Source of the DNA: a bacterium
Lineage (GTDB): Bacteria > Patescibacteriota > UBA1384 > CAILIB01 > JAUSJZ01
NCBI GenBank assembly: GCA_030647115.1
Contig: JAUSJZ010000012.1
Span: forward strand, 1 to 57,625
Reading direction: 5' to 3'
DNA length: 57,625 bases
Both the position numbers and the translations under genes were made by a program. The notes beneath the pieces were generated by a model. It made no database searches. It was given only the letters and a program-made list of their open reading frames with translations, and was not told where the DNA came from. Of this stretch, positions 37,779-46,354 are shown in pieces (position 1 is the stretch's first letter; each line of letters opens with the position of its first letter).

Positions 37779-38789
37779 TTAAGGTATCTCGCTTAGACTC
37801 TGATTGCCATCTCCGATTGCCAGAATCTCGGGTATGGCGACCTGGTTTTCGACGAGCCAACCCTGCGTCAGGGTCTCTTCGTTAATCTCCTGCCAGGTAA
37901 TGTGGAGGCAGAAGTTATCCCAATCGAACCAGACCAGGGGGGCGAACTCGTAGTCGGCGGGGCCAGCGGTGAGGCTGACCGTCCAGACACGTCGCACGCA
38001 TCCGAGCAACCACAGTTTCATGACGTGCTCATCGTAGAGGCGGGCCAACCAGAAGGCGTGGGCGAAGAGGTTCAGCACTCCGAGCCCGGCGGCCCGTTCT
38101 TGCCAGCGGTCATTGTTGAGCAGCTCGTGGCCTTGTAGCCGATCGAGCGGCAAGCGGAGCCGCTCCCAGTGAAGCGATCGTCGGCAGGTCATGCCTACCA
38201 GCCGGCATTCACCAGAGGTGACCTGGGACGGACGGGGTTGTCTCTCATTTGACATTATCCGATCGACGATCTGATCTCGATTGACTTTGACCCGGGATTT
38301 TCCAATAACCTGTCGTAGCTGGTCGATGGTATCTTCGAACTCTCGCTCCGGCTGGCCTAGTCGATACCAAGCCAACACGGTCGCTTCGAGATGGTCATCA
38401 TTTTCGGCTAATTGGGGGGCGTGCTGATCACCAGGTAGGTAGAGTTGATCTATCAGGGCGTCGGGTGGGATGTGGAGGCCGGGACCGGTGCAATCTTCAT
38501 GGGGCATCCACCACAACAACCGCATCATCTGGATTCGAGGATAGAGGGATTCCCAAACAAATGGGGTATGACCTGCCTCTCCGAAAGGTGTGATGGTATG
38601 TTCGGCCAGAGACAGCAGCTCGACTTGTTCGTAACCATGCGCTTTCAGCTGGCTATACATCAGAGACACCAGACCGGCATCGGTCAGAAGCTTCATCAGT
38701 TCGATGGCGTCAAAGGCAGTGTCTGCCTGTGGGCTACCAGTCTGCGGTCGCAATGATCGTCGGTGCAACTCAATGAAACCAGAATCCAT
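37779..38789 (-). CDS. G+C-rich hypothetical protein (336 aa, Trp-rich)
   Basis: TAGGAG SD 8 nt before the ATG at 38789 (track start TTG 38822 rejected). No family recognised. Confidence 0.65.
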   Translation of the reverse strand: MDSGFIELHRRSLRPQTGSPQADTAFDAIELMKLLTDAGLVSLMYSQLKAHGYEQVELLSLAEHTITPFGEAGHTPFVWESLYPRIQMMRLLWWMPHEDCTGPGLHIPPDALIDQLYLPGDQHAPQLAENDDHLEATVLAWYRLGQPEREFEDTIDQLRQVIGKSRVKVNRDQIVDRIMSNERQPRPSQVTSGECRLVGMTCRRSLHWERLRLPLDRLQGHELLNNDRWQERAAGLGVLNLFAHAFWLARLYDEHVMKLWLLGCVRRVWTVSLTAGPADYEFAPLVWFDWDNFCLHITWQEINEETLTQGWLVENQVAIPEILAIGDGNQSLSEIP

Positions 38790-38859
38790 GACGTCGACTC
38801 CTATCTGTTGGCGTTGAGCCAACTGTCTTGAACATAGCAGAAACAGCTACGAAAGCAAC

Positions 38860-38893
38860 AAAAAAGCCCCGGTCTAACGGTCAGACACGGGGC
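38860..38893 (-). terminator. internal hairpin/terminator between genes 2 and 3 of the cassette
   Basis: Minus strand reads gccccgtgtctgaccgttagaccggggc followed by TTTTTT. Confidence 0.65.
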
Positions 38894-38941
38894 AGGGGGG
38901 GTGGGGTCCAGGAGTCGGGGAATCGGGAGGTCGGGGGCGAC

Positions 38942-39163
38942 CTACTGTAGCTGTTTGCCGCAGAGGTCGCACGAATCGTCGTGCATGCTGGCGGCGTTGC
39001 CGCAGCTGCAGACGACGAACCGGTGGCCGCACTCACAGGTGCGGCTCCGCCCCCGAGGTGAGTGCTGCCCGAGCTGTTTGCAGCTGGGGCAGCGCGAGTC
39101 GGGGACGGGGGCCGGCGCCAACTGGGGCGCCGTCCGGACAGAGTGACAGGTGGAACTGGCCAT
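38942..39163 (-). CDS. G+C-rich 73-aa multi-Cys (zinc-ribbon-like) protein
   Basis: AAGGAGGG SD 5 nt before the ATG at 39163. CPSC...CECGH...CSCG...CDLCG. Confidence 0.55.
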   Translation of the reverse strand: MASSTCHSVRTAPQLAPAPVPDSRCPSCKQLGQHSPRGRSRTCECGHRFVVCSCGNAASMHDDSCDLCGKQLQ

Positions 39164-39200
39164 GATCGCCCTCCTTAAGGGCGGGTCGTCTGAACGGCGT

Positions 39201-39635
39201 TCAGGCGACGAACAGAGCAGGGTTGACCAGATGATGGGGGACCAGTCTGACCCGGGTGGGGTTATTGCACTGGCCGCACTCAATCAACTGGCCGATACGG
39301 AATCGGGGCCCGTCGTAGATGTGCCCACAACGGGGACAGGTTGGGTCGTCCGGGTGGACGATCAGCCTCAACTCGGACAACGGCGGCAGACCACCGTTAC
39401 CGTTGGCCACGCTCTCTAGCCGAGGCCAGGGTTGCCGGCTCCGCGGATGTTCGCGCCGCCAGCGGGCTTCGGCCTCCAGCTCGGCTGCTGCGAGACGTTC
39501 GGCCTTGGCGGCCGCCCGGGCAGCGTCTTCCTGCCGAACGGCGACGCAGTCCGTCAGACGACGGCCCGGGTCGTTCAATTCAGCCACCAGACGACAGGTA
39601 CTGCCGTCTGATCCACAGACACCACAAACCGCCAT
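39201..39635 (-). CDS. G+C-rich 144-aa protein with N- and C-terminal zinc-ribbon-like CxxC pairs and an Ala/Glu/Arg helix
   Basis: AAAGGAG SD. CGVCG...C, CPRCGH...CGQCN. Confidence 0.65.
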   Translation of the reverse strand: MAVCGVCGSDGSTCRLVAELNDPGRRLTDCVAVRQEDAARAAAKAERLAAAELEAEARWRREHPRSRQPWPRLESVANGNGGLPPLSELRLIVHPDDPTCPRCGHIYDGPRFRIGQLIECGQCNNPTRVRLVPHHLVNPALFVA

Positions 39636-39700
39636 CGGCGGCTCCTTTCTCGAGTTTTTCAGGTATGATACCGGGTTCCGACCGGTTCCAGATTGTCGCT

Positions 39701-39729
39701 ATGATAGCACGAAACCGGCCTTTTGTCAA
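39701..39729 (-). promoter_or_regulatory. sigma70-type promoter of the 3-gene cassette
   Basis: Minus strand reads TTGACA, 17-nt spacer, (TGc)TATCAT. Confidence 0.6.
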
Positions 39730-39749
39730 TCAGTTGCTATACTAATAAT

Positions 39750-40106
39750 ATGGCCTTTGTCATTCCACCCGTCAAACCGGCGCCCTTACCGGAGAAAAAA
39801 GAGGCAGCTACCGGTGGTTTTGCCGTGCCACCGATGGGTTATATTGACCCGGCGGCGGTAGTCGACGAATCCACCTTTTCCAGAGGCGACAAAGTCAGCA
39901 CTCTCAAACGCACTCAAGCCTACGACCCTTACTCCAACGAAAACTTTTATTTGGCGGCTCACACGCCGGCGAAGGTGATTCCGGCGCGCGACGAGCGCCA
40001 CTCCTTAAAAGATCAGGTAACGGTCATCATCACTTCCTTTGATAACGGCAGCGGGCGCATTGCCTCGATACCGGCCGAAGATTTGGTCAAAACCGACCTA
40101 GAATAG
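39750..40106 (+). CDS. hypothetical protein (118 aa)
   Basis: ATG lies 6 nt after TGcTATACT (leaderless layout). No motif recognised. Confidence 0.55.
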   Translation: MAFVIPPVKPAPLPEKKEAATGGFAVPPMGYIDPAAVVDESTFSRGDKVSTLKRTQAYDPYSNENFYLAAHTPAKVIPARDERHSLKDQVTVIITSFDNGSGRIASIPAEDLVKTDLE

Positions 40107-40255
40107 TTTGTGGTGGCTGTTTATCGCCTGGGGGCACCGGGGCACTTATTGCCAAACATTACAAATACATGACAAACTGATTAAGTCCCGAAAAGGGAGA
40201 ACAGCGCTACTTCGCCCCTGCTCGACGCGAACGTTAGCCGGCTAGCGGAGGGGGC

Positions 40256-40289
40256 AGGCGCCTTTGACTACTAGCGAAGGCGCCTTTTT
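40256..40289 (+). terminator. rho-independent terminator
   Basis: aggcgcctt...aaggcgcct followed by TTTT. Confidence 0.6.
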
Positions 40290-40337
40290 GGTGCTAGCCA
40301 CTTGGCAAGTTGCTCAAAAGAATATATAGATAAAGTT

Positions 40338-40613
40338 ATGCATCAATTAAGAGCCACCGTTTTTGGTGAAGTACAGGGCGTTTTCTACCGTAATTTTGTC
40401 AAACAGCGGGCCGAGACCTTGGGTTTGAAGGGCTACGTGCGCAATCTCAATTTGGGTTCGGTCGAGGTAGTCGCCGAAGGCGAAGAAGAGCCGCTACTTA
40501 AATTACTCGACGAACTATGGGAAGGGCCGAGCGAGGCTCGCGTCACCCAGGTTGAGGATGAGTGGGAGCGATCCCGCGGCAAATGGCAGAACTTTCAGAT
40601 TGCGACCGAATAG
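40338..40613 (+). CDS. acyP: acylphosphatase
   Basis: VFGEVQGVFYRNF...GLKGYVRNL..GSVEVVAEGEE. Confidence 0.85.
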   Translation: MHQLRATVFGEVQGVFYRNFVKQRAETLGLKGYVRNLNLGSVEVVAEGEEEPLLKLLDELWEGPSEARVTQVEDEWERSRGKWQNFQIATE

Positions 40614-40634
40614 CAGTTCGGTTAAACTGAAGCC

Positions 40635-42101
40635 ATGTTAAAGAGCGCCAAACCTGATCGTTTTTTTGTCACTACAGCGATACCGTACATGAACTCCCAC
40701 GTACACCTGGGGAACTGTTTGGAGTATGTTCTGGCCGATGCGCTGGCCCGAGCGGCGCGGCTGCGAGGTGAGCCAACTTACCTTTTGACCGGTACCGACG
40801 AACACGGTCAAAAAATTGTTACTACTGCCAAAGACAAAGGGGTTGAGGTACGCGAGTTCGTACAGGGTAACGTCGATTTCTTTCAAGCGGCACTTAAAGA
40901 GCTGAACGTCAGCTACGACGACTTTATTCGCACCTCCGATCAAAAAAGGCACTGGCCGGTGGTGCAGGCCTTCTGGCGTCGGCTCAAAGAGAAGGGTGAT
41001 TTGTACGAAAAGGATTATGAAGGTCTGTATTGTATCGGTTGTGAAGCCTTCTACCGCGAGGCCGATTTAGTTGACGGCCAGTGTCCTACCCATTTAACCA
41101 AACCGGAGCTGACGAAAGAGCGCAACTGGTTTTTTAAATTGTCACGGTACTCGACCGAGATTTTGGATTTTCTCAAAACCCGGGTGGAGCCACGCTGGCG
41201 GGCGAACGAGATGATTAAGTTTTTAGAGCAAGGGCTGGAAGATATCAGCTTCTCACGACCGAAAGCGAAGTTGAATTGGGGGATACCGGTACCCGACGAT
41301 GACAGCCAGGTAATTTACGTCTGGTGCGATGCTTTGGTCAATTATCTCTCGGCCGTAACGAGGGTCGAGGTAAACAAGAAAACGAAAGCGATTGACTTAA
41401 AATCAGATTGGTGGCCGGCGTCGGTGCACGTGGTCGGCAAAGATATCGCCAAGTTTCACACCCTCTACTGGCCGGCCATGTTGCTCTCGGCCGGTCTGGC
41501 CTTGCCCGAAAAAGTACTCATCCACGGTTTCATTACTATTAACGGGCAGAAGATCAGTAAATCACTCGGCAACGTCATTGAGCCGAAACAGATAACCGAA
41601 ACTTACGGCGTCGATGCCCTGCGTTTCTATTTTCTCCATGAGGTGCCGACCGTCGACGACGGTGATTTTTCGCTGAACCACTTGAAAGAGGTTTATAACG
41701 GAGTGCTGGCCGACGGGTTAGGCAACCTGGTGCAGCGGTTGATTGTCATGTCTAACAAATACGAAGTTAAGTGGAGCTGGCCGACCGGTACTAACACCGA
41801 CCTAGCCTACCGTGCGGTCTTAACAATTTGTTCGGCCGGGGGTCATTTTGAGGTCCAAAAAGCTTTAGACAAATTGGTCAAGCAGATTGAGGAGTTGAAT
41901 CGCAACATCCAGCAGCTGGCACCGTGGGAGCTTTTCAAGACCGAACCCGACCGGGCGCGCGACGAGCTAATCAAATTGCTCGACGAGTTGGCCCGGTTGG
42001 CGGTGACGCTAGAGCCGTTCTTACCCAATACGAGCGCTAAAATTATCACTCAACTGAAAACCCGTCAGCCGGAAGTGCTTTTTCCGAAATTGGATCAGTA
42101 A
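40635..42101 (+). CDS. metG: methionine--tRNA ligase (short form)
   Basis: HIGH-type motif HVHLGN. Zinc knuckle CIGCE...CPTH. KMSKS-type motif KISKS. Confidence 0.93.
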   Translation: MLKSAKPDRFFVTTAIPYMNSHVHLGNCLEYVLADALARAARLRGEPTYLLTGTDEHGQKIVTTAKDKGVEVREFVQGNVDFFQAALKELNVSYDDFIRTSDQKRHWPVVQAFWRRLKEKGDLYEKDYEGLYCIGCEAFYREADLVDGQCPTHLTKPELTKERNWFFKLSRYSTEILDFLKTRVEPRWRANEMIKFLEQGLEDISFSRPKAKLNWGIPVPDDDSQVIYVWCDALVNYLSAVTRVEVNKKTKAIDLKSDWWPASVHVVGKDIAKFHTLYWPAMLLSAGLALPEKVLIHGFITINGQKISKSLGNVIEPKQITETYGVDALRFYFLHEVPTVDDGDFSLNHLKEVYNGVLADGLGNLVQRLIVMSNKYEVKWSWPTGTNTDLAYRAVLTICSAGGHFEVQKALDKLVKQIEELNRNIQQLAPWELFKTEPDRARDELIKLLDELARLAVTLEPFLPNTSAKIITQLKTRQPEVLFPKLDQ

Positions 42102-43012
42102 TTATTTGACTTGGCTTCTATAGCGGCGGCTAGAGCAATCAAAGTATCGTTTTCAAGTTCCTGATAACCGTAAGGTGTAGGATCGCTACGAAGTCGGACA
42201 GTTGATTTTCTTAGCAGGGTGAAAATCCACCACAGATGGGAGAGTGAATATTGGTCACGATGGATATTGGCCATCAGTTCAGCGTCATCAACAATCAACC
42301 AATCCATTAGATGATTATTGGCTTCTGTTGGATGAAGATCCAATACAGCGCTGAGAACAGTTGACAGCTGGTCAAGTGGAATTATGTCTGTTGCAGCAGA
42401 GTCTTGAGCTAAGCTGATGTCGTTATGATGGGTGAGCAAATTGGACCCTAAAGTGGCGATCTCTTTTCTTAAATCCTTACTGTCCGGAGTACTGTTTGGT
42501 TGTGACAAAAAACTGCTGTTGTCGGTCGCGGCTCTTACGCCAGTTAACTCACCACTCTGTCTCTTCCAGCGGGGCCAGATCGTCATCACTTCAAACTGAT
42601 CGATCGAACCTTCGGGAACGACTGTTGTTATTAATTCACGCACGACGTTAAAAGAACGGCCGGTGGAACTGGTCTCATCTACTAAACAGATATTGTGCCC
42701 CAGATATCCTTGAAATGTCTCACTAAACCTGTTTTTTGTTTCGTCGGTGACAACAGCCGGTGGATTGACAAATTTGATTGCTGGTAATGGTGCTCGAGTG
42801 ATTTGGGGCCAGACCTCTTGTAGTAGCCAAGAAAAAGGGCGAGCACTTTTATCTAAGAAAATTAGGGTATCATATTCTTGTCTCTGGCACTGTTTAATGA
42901 GCTCGGTGATACCAAATTCGATCATTAATCTTTCGGCTGGGTTGGTCAGATAGCGAAACTTCTCGTTATTAGTCTCTGACTCATCGTTGCTCTCAGTGAC
43001 AATTTTTTCCAT
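42095..43012 (-). CDS. phosphoribosyltransferase-domain protein with an unknown ~130-aa C-terminal extension
   Basis: PRPP loop NICLVDETSSTGRS. Start taken at ATG 43012, because the track ORF runs antisense into the next gene. Confidence 0.6.
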   Translation of the reverse strand: MEKIVTESNDESETNNEKFRYLTNPAERLMIEFGITELIKQCQRQEYDTLIFLDKSARPFSWLLQEVWPQITRAPLPAIKFVNPPAVVTDETKNRFSETFQGYLGHNICLVDETSSTGRSFNVVRELITTVVPEGSIDQFEVMTIWPRWKRQSGELTGVRAATDNSSFLSQPNSTPDSKDLRKEIATLGSNLLTHHNDISLAQDSAATDIIPLDQLSTVLSAVLDLHPTEANNHLMDWLIVDDAELMANIHRDQYSLSHLWWIFTLLRKSTVRLRSDPTPYGYQELENDTLIALAAAIEAKSNNY

Positions 43013-43084
43013 TGTATTCCTGTCAATTATAACAGTACCGTCAGGAGTTTTATTAAATCGGACCAGATAGATTACAATGGGTTT

Positions 43085-43933
43085 ATGAATCCCTTTTTGC
43101 TCCAGATAATCGCGGCCCTTTTGTTTGCGGTGACGATGGTACTTGATAAGCGAAATCTGCGCCGCTACAAACTGGCCCCACCCGATTACACCTTCATGGT
43201 CTTTATCTGGTTGGTCGTCTTTTCGGGTATCGTGACTACGTTTACCCACCACGTTGATTTGGTGAAACTGGCCGAAGCCCGTTACTACTACGGTTTTGTG
43301 GTCTTGGTGCTGCTGGCGTTTTTGTGGAACAAACTCTACTACTACTTTGAACTGCACGAGCGAATGGAGGATTTTGAGGTCATTAACCTGACCGTGCCGG
43401 CGGCGACGGCAGTTATGGCCGGTATCGTCTTCCCCGAAGAGCGCAACATTATTGCTTATCTGGCAGTCGGGGTCTCGCTGGTGACACTGGCCGTCGTGCG
43501 CTTGCAGAAAAAAAACTGGCAGTTCAACACCTACGCCTGGTTAATTTTGGTGATGATTCTGGCCATGGCGGCCGAAACAGTCATGCGCAAATATATGCTG
43601 GCCGTCTTTGATCCGGCCACCCTCTATTTCTACCGCGTTACCGGTGTGACCATTTTACTTTACCTCTTTAACCGTCCTAAAAACCTACCTACTAAATGGC
43701 AACCCTGGTTGGCGACCGGTCTGGCCTCGGCTCTGGGTACCGCCGCCATGATTATGATGTTCTACGGCTACGCCGCCATTGGCGTCATTCTCACCACCAT
43801 GATCTTCTTACTCAACCCGTTGGCCGTCTATTGGCTCGATTCGCTCATCTTGCACGAACGCCTTAAACTCAAAAACATGGTGGCCTCGGTAGTAATTCTG
43901 GCTGCCATAACCATCACGGCGGTGTTATCATAA
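43085..43933 (+). CDS. DMT/EamA-like integral membrane transporter
   Basis: 282 aa, about 10 hydrophobic helices in two halves. Confidence 0.55.
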   Translation: MNPFLLQIIAALLFAVTMVLDKRNLRRYKLAPPDYTFMVFIWLVVFSGIVTTFTHHVDLVKLAEARYYYGFVVLVLLAFLWNKLYYYFELHERMEDFEVINLTVPAATAVMAGIVFPEERNIIAYLAVGVSLVTLAVVRLQKKNWQFNTYAWLILVMILAMAAETVMRKYMLAVFDPATLYFYRVTGVTILLYLFNRPKNLPTKWQPWLATGLASALGTAAMIMMFYGYAAIGVILTTMIFLLNPLAVYWLDSLILHERLKLKNMVASVVILAAITITAVLS

Positions 43934-43937
43934 GGTA

Positions 43938-44720
43938 ATGGTAGATACCCATTGCCACCTTGATTTCGAACCCTTCACCTATCACGAGGAGGAGTATTTG
44001 GCGCGGGCCAAAGAGCACGGCGTGACCTCGATTATTAACCCGGGCACTTCTTTGGTGACTTCAGAGAGGGCCATCCAACTGGCGCGGCACTACCCGCAGG
44101 TGCACGCGGCCGTCGGGCTGCATCCGACCGAGGCGAAGGGGGTGGATATCTCAACCGTTGAGACCTTTCGCGGTTTAGCCGAGCGGGAGCAGGTCATTGC
44201 TATCGGTGAGGTCGGGTTAGATTATTATCACCTAGAGCAGAACCCGGACGAGACGGCGAGTAAGCGGGAGCAGCAGTTTATCTTTGAGCAGTTCTGTTCG
44301 TTGGCTTATGATCTGAAGTTGCCATTAATAGTGCACGCCCGGGCGGCCATTGCCGACGCGCTGGCCATCGTGAAATCGTACGTGCGCGACGTCGAGGTCA
44401 TCTTTCACAGCTTTGACGGTACCTATGACGAGGCGAAGGCCATTATCGGTATTGGGGCCTACATTGGCATCAACAATATGATTACTTACCCCAAAAATGA
44501 TGATTTACGACAGGTGGTGAAAGAGCTGCCGCTCGACCGGTTTTTGCTCGAGACCGACGCCCCATTTCTACCGCCGCAAGAACGCCGCGGGGGTACCAGC
44601 GAGCCGGCCGATGTGGCCATCGTGGCCGAGGCGATTGCCGAGATCAAGAACCTGACGCTGCCTTTAATTGAGCGAGCGACGAATACCTCGGTGCGGCAGA
44701 TCTTTCGCATCGAGCCGTAA
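43938..44720 (+). CDS. tatD: TatD-family metal-dependent hydrolase
   Basis: VDTHCHLD, GEVGLDY, LETDAPFL. Confidence 0.9.
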   Translation: MVDTHCHLDFEPFTYHEEEYLARAKEHGVTSIINPGTSLVTSERAIQLARHYPQVHAAVGLHPTEAKGVDISTVETFRGLAEREQVIAIGEVGLDYYHLEQNPDETASKREQQFIFEQFCSLAYDLKLPLIVHARAAIADALAIVKSYVRDVEVIFHSFDGTYDEAKAIIGIGAYIGINNMITYPKNDDLRQVVKELPLDRFLLETDAPFLPPQERRGGTSEPADVAIVAEAIAEIKNLTLPLIERATNTSVRQIFRIEP

Positions 44721-44740
44721 AAAAAACGATATCATTGCCT

Positions 44741-44950
44741 CTCTAGCTCGGGCGATCCCTTGTCAGGCCCGCCTGCCTGCCGGCAGGCAGGCGTCTGCTA
44801 GATACAAACTTGTTGTTGCTAAATAGAACACTTTATTTGCCTACGCTTCCAACAACTGTCGTTGTTGAAGCTACGGCAAGTCAGCCACCAATTTTCAGAA
44901 GTTTGCATTATGCAGCCGTCGAACCTGATATTCCCGAGCAGTACGTTCGG
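44741..44950. repeat. A-family-related long palindrome, copy A4 (diverged interior)
   Basis: 5' arm ctcgggcgatcccttgtcaggcccgc...gtctgctagata. 3' arm aagtttgcattatgcagccgtcgaacctgatattcccgagcag. Both arms align with the A1/A3 arms. Confidence 0.65.
44770..44793. repeat. P-family perfect 24-bp palindrome, copy P3, nested in A4
   Basis: cgcctgcctgccggcaggcaggcg. 20 bp of it (44773-44792) is extra relative to A1/A3 at ...caggcccgc|gtc... Confidence 0.8.
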
Positions 44951-44995
44951 CAACGATATTGTTTTTTTGTTAACATGATACTAAGGGAGTCAATT

Positions 44996-45133
44996 ATGCC
45001 GCATCTCGGTTGGTTCGACGAGTCAGACGATGAACGTCGGTCGGCGCCGGAGTTTGATGCCGGTGACGTCTTCATTGGCGTGATTGCGGTTGTCATTGTG
45101 CTGTTACTGCTCAGCCTCGTTTTCTGGAAGTAG
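44996..45133 (+). CDS. small single-TM protein (45 aa)
   Basis: AAGGGAG SD 7 nt before the ATG. Translation: MPHLGWFDESDDERRSAPEFDAGDVFIGVIAVVIVLLLLSLVFWK. Confidence 0.45.
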   Translation: MPHLGWFDESDDERRSAPEFDAGDVFIGVIAVVIVLLLLSLVFWK

Positions 45134-45156
45134 CGAAGGGGTGGTATCCAACTTCA

Positions 45157-45178
45157 GCCGGCGCACAACGCCGGTTTT
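45157..45178 (+). terminator. hairpin terminator
   Basis: gccggcg-cacaa-cgccggt followed by TTTcT. Confidence 0.5.
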
Positions 45179-45538
45179 CTAGTTCTTGGCTTGTAAAGTA
45201 GCCGAAAGTTTAAAGGTATAAGTCGTACCGTCGGGCAGGGTAATCTCAGATTTGCCTTCTTTAGCCAGATGCACAGCCAGTTCTTGCGACAACATCTCTT
45301 TCTCTTCGCTCATCTCTTGGCGCAGGCTCTTGAGCTTCTGCTCCAGCTCGGTGTTGCCCGGTTCGTTTAGAATCTGCTCTTTGACGATGGCGCACTCACG
45401 GGCGGAGTTCTTTTTGGCTTCGGCTAATTCGCGGTACTCGCTGTTATTTTCAAGAGCGTCATCGAGCATGGCTTTGGCTTCGTTACTCTCTACTTTCAGT
45501 TTTTGGATCGTGGAAATGTATTTGGCGATATTAGACAT
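45179..45538 (-). CDS. hypothetical coiled-coil protein (119 aa)
   Basis: Lys/Glu-rich heptad-like sequence. Start taken at ATG 45538. Confidence 0.55.
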   Translation of the reverse strand: MSNIAKYISTIQKLKVESNEAKAMLDDALENNSEYRELAEAKKNSARECAIVKEQILNEPGNTELEQKLKSLRQEMSEEKEMLSQELAVHLAKEGKSEITLPDGTTYTFKLSATLQAKN

Positions 45539-45579
45539 GACAAAATTATTTAGTGGCAAGAGCTTTAGTGTAGCAAATT

Positions 45580-45604
45580 AAAAACTCCGGCCGGGTGGCC
45601 GGAG
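45580..45604 (-). terminator. rho-independent terminator
   Basis: Minus strand reads ctccggcc-accc-ggccggag followed by TTTTT. Confidence 0.7.
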
Positions 45605-45633
45605 GCAAAGGGGGGGGCTGACAGACCGGAGTC

Positions 45634-46227
45634 TTAGGCCTCGCTCGGGAGCTCGTTGAGGTCGGGGCCGACCAGGCTGGGCTCCCGCTCCAGACGATCC
45701 AGCCGCTCGGTCAGCGTGGCGAGCTGCAACTGCTGTTCGGCGAGTTGCTTTTCCTGTCGCGCGAGATCCCGCCGCAGGCAGTCCCAGTGCGTGGTCGTGA
45801 CCAGTTGGTCGGGCCAGACCCGCCGCGGCAACAGCGTGCCGCGCCGCACCCGCCACATCATCTGCAGCGCGTGCTTGAGCTCGATGGCGGAAATCTCGAG
45901 CTTGTAGCACGGCGTCTTGCCGGAGTAGTGGTGCAATAGGCCGCTGGCGGTGGCCCAGCGGTACTCGCCCTCCTGCCGCACGACACGATGCATAATGTCG
46001 TGGATCGTGACGTGGCTGGCGAGAGCCACCAGGCTCTCGGGGAACAACGGAGCCTCGTTGTCGTTGATGATGGGGTCGCTGACGTACAGCAGACCCGTCT
46101 GACACGTCTCTACCCGGGCACCGCTAGCCTTGTGGTAGCGGTAGCGGTTCGGCTTCTGATCACGCCACGCGAAGTGACGGGCCATCTCTCGTGCATCCAT
46201 CTGCTTCAGGTACAATCGTGTACTCAT
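45634..46227 (-). CDS. G+C-rich hypothetical protein (197 aa) with a C-terminal coiled coil
   Basis: GAGGAGA SD 5 nt before the ATG at 46227. The track ORF extension to 46419 would overlap the promoter and the neighbouring gene. Confidence 0.65.
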   Translation of the reverse strand: MSTRLYLKQMDAREMARHFAWRDQKPNRYRYHKASGARVETCQTGLLYVSDPIINDNEAPLFPESLVALASHVTIHDIMHRVVRQEGEYRWATASGLLHHYSGKTPCYKLEISAIELKHALQMMWRVRRGTLLPRRVWPDQLVTTTHWDCLRRDLARQEKQLAEQQLQLATLTERLDRLEREPSLVGPDLNELPSEA

Positions 46228-46294
46228 GTCGGTCTCCTCTGTCGCTTGGTTCAGCAGCGAGTGGTCCCGCTGTCTGTGGCGACTTTCACGAAGT

Positions 46295-46323
46295 ACTTTA
46301 GCATAAAGAAGACATTTTGTCAA
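46295..46323 (-). promoter_or_regulatory. sigma70-type promoter
   Basis: Minus strand reads TTGACA, 17-nt spacer, TAAAGT. Confidence 0.55.
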
Positions 46324-46354
46324 TGAAAAACCGCCTTTGTGATATACTCTATAA

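Noticed and set aside
38901-39861. Plus-strand ORFs 38901..39146, 39150..39419, 39319..39861 and 39341..39745 opposite the zinc-ribbon genes
   Set aside because: They are antisense shadows. The promoter, three SD sites and terminators all lie on the minus strand.
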